Source: a bacterium
GTDB taxonomy: Bacteria > Hydrothermota > DG-26 > JAUXAN01
Direction: 5' to 3'
Assembly (NCBI GenBank): GCA_030619885.1
Contig: JAUXAN010000001.1
Coordinates: 75,474 to 139,473, forward strand
Length of the DNA: 64,000 nt
The position numbers and the translations under genes were made by a program. A model generated the notes under the pieces. The model was not told where the DNA came from. It did not search any database and saw only the letters and a program-made list of their open reading frames with translations. Positions 42,036 to 49,374 of this stretch are shown here, in pieces. Position 1 is the stretch's first letter. Every line of letters starts with the position of its first letter.

Positions 42036-42851
42036 GTGATGCAGATGAATAAGAAACTTTTTTTAATCATCCCATCTTTGCTCCTTCTCTGTTTGCCGGA
42101 AGTTGGTGCGGCTAAAGATGAGAAAGCTTATTTAGGGGTTGTATTGCACAAAGTTCCATGTGAACTGCGCAAGGAATTGAACCTCAAACACTATGAGGGG
42201 GCTATAATAGATGAGGTTGTTGAGAACAGTCCTGCAGACGATGGTGGACTTGTGGAGGGAGACATAATTATAAAGTTCAAAGGTGAGAAAGTAAGAGGGG
42301 TGAACCACTTATCGAGACTGATTAGAAAGTCAAGCCCGGATGAGAAAGTAGAGATGGAAATTATGAGAGATGGGAAGAAGAAGAAAATAAAGATAAAACT
42401 CGACAAGAGAGAAAAAAGCGAAGTGGAAATTTCTATCCCAAAAATAAAGATAGAGGAATATGAGAAGAAAATTCGTCTTCCCAAAATAGAGATTTGTATT
42501 CCTAAACGAGTCTGGCTTGGAGTCAATGTTCACCCGCTCAATGAGAATTTAACTAAATATTTTGGGGTTAAAAAAGGCGTTCTCATACTTGAAGTTGAAG
42601 ACGATTCTCCTGCCGAGCATGCTAAAATGAAACCAGGAGATGTAATTATCGAAATCGATGGGGAGAAGATAGAAGAGGAAGATAACATAATAGAGATTTT
42701 AGATGACAAAGAAGAAGGCGATAGTGTGAAAATAAAAGTGGTGAGAGAGAAGAAGGAAAAGAAATTCGAGGTAAAATTGGAGCAGAAACCATCTTATAAA
42801 CATTGGAAATGGAGACCAATGAATTTCATTTTTCCCTTCGGCAGAGTTTAA
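42036..42851 (+). CDS. Secreted tandem-PDZ protein
   Basis: Two LGV...SPA...GDxI PDZ units, no protease domain. Confidence 0.88.
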   Translation: MMQMNKKLFLIIPSLLLLCLPEVGAAKDEKAYLGVVLHKVPCELRKELNLKHYEGAIIDEVVENSPADDGGLVEGDIIIKFKGEKVRGVNHLSRLIRKSSPDEKVEMEIMRDGKKKKIKIKLDKREKSEVEISIPKIKIEEYEKKIRLPKIEICIPKRVWLGVNVHPLNENLTKYFGVKKGVLILEVEDDSPAEHAKMKPGDVIIEIDGEKIEEEDNIIEILDDKEEGDSVKIKVVREKKEKKFEVKLEQKPSYKHWKWRPMNFIFPFGRV

Positions 42852-43030
42852 CCGTGAGGTAGAATCCTTATAGTTGCACCTCCCTGGTTTTGGGTTAAAT
42901 CTTCTAACCTTTATTGAATACCGAAAACTTGGGGGTTGCAACTTTTTCATAGGTAATCCTAATGCCAAATAGTAAGGGCAGGCTTTGTGCGTCTCCTTTT
43001 TTCAATCTCATATAAATCGAGTCTAATCTT

Positions 43031-43280
43031 ACTTTCTCGCTTTCGCACGAAAGCGAGAAACTGTGGTTTCAATCCCCTACAAGTCGGGTCTTCCATCTTC
43101 GCCAAGGCTCCGACGGATTAATCCACCATAGCGAACAATAACTTCTGAGAACCGTCCCGCAGTGGTAAATCACAAGTGTCATTGCGACCCCGACTGGTCG
43201 GGGGAAGCAATCTCCTATCATTTTTGCATTCCATCATTCTAACAATCCCACTTTCTCGCTTTCGCACGAAAGCGAGAAAC
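43031..43280. repeat. Two copies of the 31-bp palindrome ACTTTCTCGCTTTCGCACGAAAGCGAGAAAC
   Basis: Identical copies at 43031-43061 and 43250-43280. Confidence 0.9.
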
Positions 43281-43656
43281 ATGAACTATGGTGGGAGAAA
43301 TATCAAATTATAAAAGCCTGACTCCCAAGGGCCAATGATGCCCTACAGGCTACTTTAACCCTAGGGGTGAAAACGCTCTTCTAAAAAGTAGCCTGTCCCC
43401 TTTATTTGCTGATTCGAAGTCCCACCCCAGGGGTGGGACTCTCGACCATTTTGGGATTTTCGGACAGCCTGCTGACTTTAATTTAACGATAACTTGGGTA
43501 AAATAAAGTTGGCAGTGACAGGGTACCTTCCTCCCAAGAGCGTCATTACCCCTCCATATTATTGTTGTCAAGTGTCAAGATTTGACCCTATTTGTGTATT
43601 TGTGCTATTTGTGACTATTTGTGACCCCTGTTCCCAGAGAGCACACTCCATCGTTA

Positions 43657-44760
43657 TTAATGGAGATTTTTCTCAGGTGTGGACCATAAGTTTGCCCATC
43701 GCTTTTCTCCTCTCCAATAAAATTCAAAGAAGTAATGTCCTCCTTCTCTCTCAAATCTCCCTGTCTGTGATAATTGGGTATGCAGAGGAACTACTTGCGT
43801 TAAGGTATACTCATTAGTATAATGATTATAGGAAAATTTCAATCCTACCATTCCATAAGATAAGTGCCAAATAAACCAGTAAGGACTTTTCCCCTTGATT
43901 CCACGTTCTTCATGTGGTTTGCCTAATTTATCTAAAATTTCTTTCATACTTTCTCCTAATGAAAACTCTGCATCTTGACAGCGAATACATGGCGAATCTT
44001 TAACTCTCTTTACTTTATATTTATCTTTGTCCATACGCATACATTTAGTCATATGTACATCTTTCGAGATAACTCTACCACATCTTGGACACACCTTTAT
44101 GATACCCGTCTTTATCTTAATGTACTGATGTTTATAACATCTGCCTTTTCTTATTTCATGTGTGTTATATTTGCTTCTGTACATATGTCTATATTTCTCT
44201 TTCGTTGTTATTACCTTATCAGCCTTTAAAAACTTGCCGCAAAATTCGCAGTTTCTTACCTCTCCCACAGGAACCTTCACTCTTTTATTAAGAAATTTCA
44301 TCCTAACGAGAGCGCTATCCTTGAAGGTTTCTGCTTTTTCCCCTATTTTCACAACTTTCTTATAAAGAGAATCAGCGGCTAAAGGTTTTACTGCTGATGT
44401 TCGTGGTTTTTCATAGACTTTCCCTAATCCATAGAACCCTTCAGCTAATGTGAGAGAATCTATTATTGAATCGCATTGGCAACTTTGGATACCTTTCTTA
44501 TACATATCCTCGGCTAAGGAATCATTTTCTTTGATTTCTAAGTATAACCTCCCTAATTCAAAATAAACTTTGTCTCTATCTTTATAGTCAGGAAAGCGTT
44601 CTAACATCGTTTCATAGAGGTTAATTGCTTCGTCCCAATTATGTGCATCCTCTTTTTCCTTTGCTTGTTCCAGATAATCTTCGGCTTTTTTACATCCCAG
44701 TAGAAAAACAACTAACCCTATAAAAAATAAATACAATATTCTCACAATATACTGTCTCAT
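43657..44760 (-). CDS. TPR lipoprotein with two Cys-rich (Zn-finger-like) repeats
   Basis: LLGC lipobox, TPR helices, CEFC...CYKH and CPRC...CIRC. Confidence 0.7.
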   Translation of the reverse strand: MRQYIVRILYLFFIGLVVFLLGCKKAEDYLEQAKEKEDAHNWDEAINLYETMLERFPDYKDRDKVYFELGRLYLEIKENDSLAEDMYKKGIQSCQCDSIIDSLTLAEGFYGLGKVYEKPRTSAVKPLAADSLYKKVVKIGEKAETFKDSALVRMKFLNKRVKVPVGEVRNCEFCGKFLKADKVITTKEKYRHMYRSKYNTHEIRKGRCYKHQYIKIKTGIIKVCPRCGRVISKDVHMTKCMRMDKDKYKVKRVKDSPCIRCQDAEFSLGESMKEILDKLGKPHEERGIKGKSPYWFIWHLSYGMVGLKFSYNHYTNEYTLTQVVPLHTQLSQTGRFEREGGHYFFEFYWRGEKRWANLWSTPEKNLH

Positions 44761-44840
44761 CTTTACCTCCCTTTCGATTTATAAAGCCGGCGACCAATTT
44801 CTTTCATTCCTTTATTCTCATCTCCTTTTTTAACCCCTTA

Positions 44841-45050
44841 AACAAAAAGGGGCACTCACATTGCTCAGCCATCCGTACGGATGACTACCGGACTAGGGAC
44901 TTAGGAGCAATAGAGCACCCCGATTTTATCGGGGCAGCTCACTTGACCCTAGTCCGGTTTTACCAAGCAAGTGAATTGCGAATTTAGATTTTCAAAGAAC
45001 TAGCATTAATCTTATTTACAAGAATATAGTAAATACAAAATTTTTGTCAA
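44841..45050 (-). promoter_or_regulatory. Sigma70 promoter, boxA-like motif and structured leader with intrinsic terminator
   Basis: TTGACA(45050)-N16-TATATT; GTTCTTTGAAAA (45000-44989); overlapping alternative stems; U-tract at 44848-44841. Confidence 0.65.
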
Positions 45051-45116
45051 GCAAAATGTGAGAACCCTATGTCAAAACTTGAACCTGTAGTTTTGTAATG
45101 ATTCATCCACGGAAAT

Positions 45117-45731
45117 CTATCGCCCTATTGGATACTTTCTTATTTCTTGGTCATCACAAGACTGCATTTCATCTTTCCGTCTATTCCAGTCAGCTAGATA
45201 GCTAGCCGAGCCAATGTGATACTTTCTGGCATTAAGCACAGCGAAAAAATGAATGCGCCATTTCAGGAGTTTGCAACTGAGGACACTCTCTATTTGACCT
45301 TCGTATGGATATTGCTCCAAGTCCTTTGTTGAAAGCGGCATTTCGCCCTTAAAGTTTGCCAGAAAGGTTGCAGTCTCGTCGTCCGGTATGAAGTACCGCT
45401 GTCCCACTTTGTCAATGTAAAATCGTCTGCTATGCTCATCGCGCACCACCTGTCCCCGCAAGATGACTTCTCTGACTTTCTTGACTTCCTTATGCATACG
45501 TTCCATCTCAAGTACTCCGAGGATCTTGAGTCGTGAAAGGAATGGCAGAAAAAGGATGCCAATTCCTGCAAATAACAAGAGAAGGACATTGTTATCAACT
45601 ATGAATTCCTTCTTTGTTAACACCAAATAGAGAAATAAAAAAACAAAACACAACAGTGATAAGGCAATAGATACAATAAGTAGATGTATGTTATTCTTCT
45701 GTTCTTCTTGTTTGCCTTTATTCTGTGTCAT
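45117..45731 (-). CDS. Two-TM protein with two about 50-aa repeats
   Basis: AGGAG RBS; repeats ending LEQYPYEG and IRKYPIG. Confidence 0.75.
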   Translation of the reverse strand: MTQNKGKQEEQKNNIHLLIVSIALSLLCFVFLFLYLVLTKKEFIVDNNVLLLLFAGIGILFLPFLSRLKILGVLEMERMHKEVKKVREVILRGQVVRDEHSRRFYIDKVGQRYFIPDDETATFLANFKGEMPLSTKDLEQYPYEGQIESVLSCKLLKWRIHFFAVLNARKYHIGSASYLADWNRRKDEMQSCDDQEIRKYPIGR

Positions 45732-45769
45732 ATCGGTCTCCTTTATTCCAGATTCCTATAATGCAATTT

Positions 45770-45841
45770 CATTTAATATCTCGCATATTTAAGAAGTTGT
45801 CTAAAGCAACTTGGCAAAGTGTCGCAAATATGCTGTTCCGC
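45770..45841 (-). other. attC-like imperfect hairpin
   Basis: GCGGAAC-AGCATATTT...AAATATGC-GAGAT-ATTAAAT directly after the stop of the upstream gene. Confidence 0.4.
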
Positions 45842-45848
45842 AAAGTTG

Positions 45849-46514
45849 TCACACTTCCCTTGGTATATACATGCCATCTGGATACGGAAGTTTACTATTA
45901 ATGTATCGCAGAAATTTAAGGTATCTTCGCACGTCGGCGAAGAATTCGTCAAAAGTCCCAATGTCTCTGCTCTTGTAGGCATGAATTGCGTTTCGTCGTT
46001 GTTGGATGTGCTGAATCCACATATCCCAATCTTCACCCCAGATTCTTTTCCTAAAGAACTGACGCATTGGTTCCAGTTGTAAGCCATCGGGGTCTATCAA
46101 TTTTTCTTTCTTCTTGATTGCTTCGACATCGTTGTTGTAGTCTTTATACCAAACAGACAAGAACAACTTCATAGTTCCCTCCACAAGGCTTCCTAGGTTG
46201 GCCCACGCCAAGATCAATCGGCCACTCTCATTGTCTGGAAGAGGTTCTACAAGCCAGATTTTTAGACAGGCTGAGAGGGAGACCTGCCAGTCAATCCGAG
46301 ATTTGCTCAACAGTTGTGCGGCTTCAATCGGAGCCCAACCGTTTGCTTTTGTCCAAAATTGTCTTAAGCCATTGTTGAGGGTAACGATACGGTCCACGAC
46401 TTCATCGATGGATATCTTCTCATCTAGTTCAACCATAAGATCACTGGTTTCTTCAAGAATTTTGCCCAACCCATTTATATCCGAACTCGTTCGTATATAC
46501 TCCTTTTTTACCAT
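45849..46514 (-). CDS. Putative HEPN-domain protein
   Basis: GSLVEGTMK and RRNAIH (Rx4H); start at 46514 behind TTGACA-N16-TAAAAT. Confidence 0.65.
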   Translation of the reverse strand: MVKKEYIRTSSDINGLGKILEETSDLMVELDEKISIDEVVDRIVTLNNGLRQFWTKANGWAPIEAAQLLSKSRIDWQVSLSACLKIWLVEPLPDNESGRLILAWANLGSLVEGTMKLFLSVWYKDYNNDVEAIKKKEKLIDPDGLQLEPMRQFFRKRIWGEDWDMWIQHIQQRRNAIHAYKSRDIGTFDEFFADVRRYLKFLRYINSKLPYPDGMYIPREV

Positions 46515-46632
46515 AATTTTTATTTTAAAAAATATTAAAAGTTTGTCAAATATTTCTTTTAAATTTTTATGTAAGCAGATTTGATACCTTCCACATTTTT
46601 TCAAGAGCTGACTCCGAAAAATTTAATATTTA

Positions 46633-46908
46633 TCAATAGGTTTTTTGTTTGTTATACTTGGGCGGTTTACCACCATGCTGTCTTTGATACCTTTGTATTT
46701 CCTGTTTTTCCCGTTTTTCAGCAGAATCCCTTGTTAATGCAACAGTAATAATATTTATGTGTGTAAAAGTGAGACCAGCATTGGCATTTTCGATTGCTCT
46801 CCTATTGGGATCATTTGTAATTCCATACTTGACGACTTCCTTGCCGTCTTTTAGTTCGTAGACCCGGGTATCCCTTTTAGATTCTTTGAATCTTCTGTAT
46901 GCCATCAT
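46633..46908 (-). CDS. Stand-alone GIY-YIG-like nuclease
   Basis: RVYEL...KYGITNDPNRR...E...PPKYN; AGGAGG RBS. Confidence 0.7.
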   Translation of the reverse strand: MMAYRRFKESKRDTRVYELKDGKEVVKYGITNDPNRRAIENANAGLTFTHINIITVALTRDSAEKREKQEIQRYQRQHGGKPPKYNKQKTY

Positions 46909-47088
46909 TCCTCCTTTTTAGACAACCCTCAGATAAATGGTGTCAGTTCTGCCCAAGTTCTTATATTTCATAACCTTTAATATTATATCAATAAAAATAG
47001 CATTTTGTCAATACCCCCAAAATTGAAGATAGGCTAAAGGTGAAAAATTGACGCTGTCCCTATTTTCTTAAGATACATTCTGTTATTT

Positions 47089-47523
47089 CTATAGCCGCTT
47101 GTACAGTGGTAAAATAATGGGGGGCAATCCGAGTTTTACAATAGTACTATGAATAAACTCTCTAGCGTATGGCCAACTGTTATGTGGCACATTCATGTCT
47201 TTGAATACAGCAAATATATCCTTATTGATAGTTTTGCTTGAAGAGTATATCAATAATAACTCGAAGTTTATCTTAGCTATAATACTATCTTTGTTGTTCT
47301 CATCCACCATTTGATATTTAAATTTATGTGAAATCTGAAAAGATTCTGTTCCTTCATTAATCAGTTTTATATTATCAGTCAATCTGTTCTGCACAGCAAA
47401 ATTCTCAGGAATATTTTCTGGAAATACCTCTATAGTTGCCTTTTTTAAATATATATCCTCTATCTTGAGTTGTTTAATAAACTCTCTATAAACATCCGGC
47501 TTTACTTTAAATCTTTGCATCAT
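47089..47523 (-). CDS. SecB-like chaperone
   Basis: LKIEDIYL...NVPHNSWPYAREFIHSTIVKLGLPPIILP. Confidence 0.85.
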   Translation of the reverse strand: MMQRFKVKPDVYREFIKQLKIEDIYLKKATIEVFPENIPENFAVQNRLTDNIKLINEGTESFQISHKFKYQMVDENNKDSIIAKINFELLLIYSSSKTINKDIFAVFKDMNVPHNSWPYAREFIHSTIVKLGLPPIILPLYKRL

Positions 47524-47532
47524 TATCCTCCA

Positions 47533-48060
47533 TTAATATGCTATAGCTTGCACTTCTCTACTCCTTACTGTCTGATCCTGCAAAGATTCCCTATATTCTT
47601 GTTTCACTTCCTCATGTTTGTGCAGGACTACTATTTTCATTGGTTTCCTTAGTATGCTTTCCGCAAAACGCCAGAGTAGAATTGCAGTTCGATATCTCTC
47701 AGAATTTAAAGTCAAAAGCATACAAATATAAGAATTAAGGCTTGTCCCTTCCTGTCGAGCACGTTCTACTAAAATTCCATGCAAAGTTTTTGGAATTCTA
47801 ACAACAAAACGACCACTATATAATTCATCCTTTTTAGGTAATGGTACTTGTCCTCCTCTTTCTAAAGTTCCCTCAATCCAAGCTCTTTTAGCTCTATTTA
47901 ACTTCTCAGGGATTTGCTCCAATGTTTTTGCATCGCACATACACCCATGAAGATCTATTACTTCCACAAAATATCCACCTTCTTCCATTTCTTCAATCTT
48001 AACTGGGTACTTCAATGACATATAATAGTCAACCAGTTTCTTTAATTCTGCTTTATTCAT
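47533..48060 (-). CDS. HicB antitoxin with RHH and C-terminal extension
   Basis: YYMSLKYPV...EGGYFVEVIDLHGCM...YSGRFVVRIPKTLH...EGTSLNSY plus about 55-aa tail. Confidence 0.92.
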   Translation of the reverse strand: MNKAELKKLVDYYMSLKYPVKIEEMEEGGYFVEVIDLHGCMCDAKTLEQIPEKLNRAKRAWIEGTLERGGQVPLPKKDELYSGRFVVRIPKTLHGILVERARQEGTSLNSYICMLLTLNSERYRTAILLWRFAESILRKPMKIVVLHKHEEVKQEYRESLQDQTVRSREVQAIAY

Positions 48061-48328
48061 TGCTTACCTCCTTATCTATTGCATCAGCAAAAAGATTAAT
48101 AAACTTCTTTTTATATCTTTCAGGCACATCTTCGCTACTGCCATGAGGTCTCTCCAATTGAAGTGAAGGAGATTTTGAATCAGCAGGATAATAAATATTA
48201 AATATAGATCCTTCCTTGGGCTTGACGTCACCAAAACGTTTTGCAAGTCTGATCATTTCTTTAAATGAAAGTTTTTTCCAGTCATTTTTACTTTTAGCCT
48301 TTTTGCAAAGTTTCTTTATACTAGCCAT
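48053..48328 (-). CDS. HicA-like toxin
   Basis: Basic 91-aa ORF overlapping the hicB start; LSFKEMIRL...EGS...RPH...VPERY. Confidence 0.7.
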   Translation of the reverse strand: MASIKKLCKKAKSKNDWKKLSFKEMIRLAKRFGDVKPKEGSIFNIYYPADSKSPSLQLERPHGSSEDVPERYKKKFINLFADAIDKEVSNE

Positions 48329-48415
48329 ATAATATCATATATAGTATCATATTGTCAAGTTTTTTTTTACTTAAAACATCCTCAAAATTCTAATTATCTA
48401 AACTTGGGAATCGGG

Positions 48416-49269
48416 CTGGAATCTAACTTTTCCCCAGTCGTACCCATCAATTCTCTCATCGATGTAATTTCTTTTGAACACGATGATATCAAATCTTGAC
48501 TTTTAACCATTAAACAGATTAAAAAAAGAGGATAGTTTAAGTACACCATACATTACTCCTTTCACTACCCTCCTGATGATTAATATAATATTTTTTAGAA
48601 GTTTGTCAAGGAAAAATCGACCTATCTTTGGATCCGTATGGAATGCCCCGAGTAAAACGAGGGGCTAATGGTCAGATTTTTCTGACCCCACGCCTTATAA
48701 CTCCTTCAAGGGGTCAAGGGAAAAGGCATTTTGTTGCAAAAAATAGGACGTAGATTAAATCAAAGAAGGGAGGAAATCCTCTGCATGTTTTAAAAAAGTA
48801 GCCTGTCCCTTTTTTGTTTTCGTATTTTCCCTTGACAAGAATTGAATGGGATATATATAACTAATATAGATGAGAAAAGAGAAGAAGAGCGTGTATATTG
48901 ATACAACGATTCCCAGTTATTATTTTGAAGACCGCAAAGATTTTCGTCTCTACAGAGAAATAACCCGTAGATGGTGGGATATAATCTCCTTATGGGGTCG
49001 CGCTGGAATCTGGAATTTAACTATTTCATAGTCATACACATTATTTCTGCCATCGACATATTTCCTTTTGAACACGATGATATCAAATCTTGACTCTTAA
49101 CCATTAAACAAATTAAAAAAATGAGGGTAGTTTAAGTACACCATACATTACTCCTTTCACTACCCTCCTGATATTTAATATAAGATATTTTAAAAATTTG
49201 TCAAGAAAAAAAGGCATTTTGTTGCAAAAAATAGGACGCTCATACGGATCGTACGACAGATTAAATCAA
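48416..49269. repeat. Diverged direct duplication (48416-48763 and 49010-49269)
   Basis: Shared core TTTTGAACACGATGATATCAAATCTTGAC...CATACATTACTCCTTTCACTACCCTCCTGAT. Confidence 0.92.
48870..49031 (+). pseudogene. Truncated PIN/VapC toxin gene
   Basis: KKSVYIDTTIPSYY...ITRRWW N-terminus only, runs into the duplicated segment. Confidence 0.7.
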
Positions 49270-49374
49270 GGAAAAACGAGAATATCTTTTACAATTTTAA
49301 TCCTGTTCACCCTCGCACCTAACATAGGTGCGGGGTTCATCCTGTCAAGGATATTGGGGTGAGAAGTGGAACTT

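Noticed and set aside
42998-43280. Bona fide CRISPR array
   Set aside because: Only two degenerate repeats, no cas genes; kept only as a relic finding
44841-44980. c-di-GMP-I, T-box or other known riboswitch
   Set aside because: Conserved cores were not found by eye; reported as an unclassified leader
48416-49269. Diversity-generating retroelement TR/VR pair
   Set aside because: Differences between the copies are not adenine-specific on either strand and no reverse transcriptase is in the window
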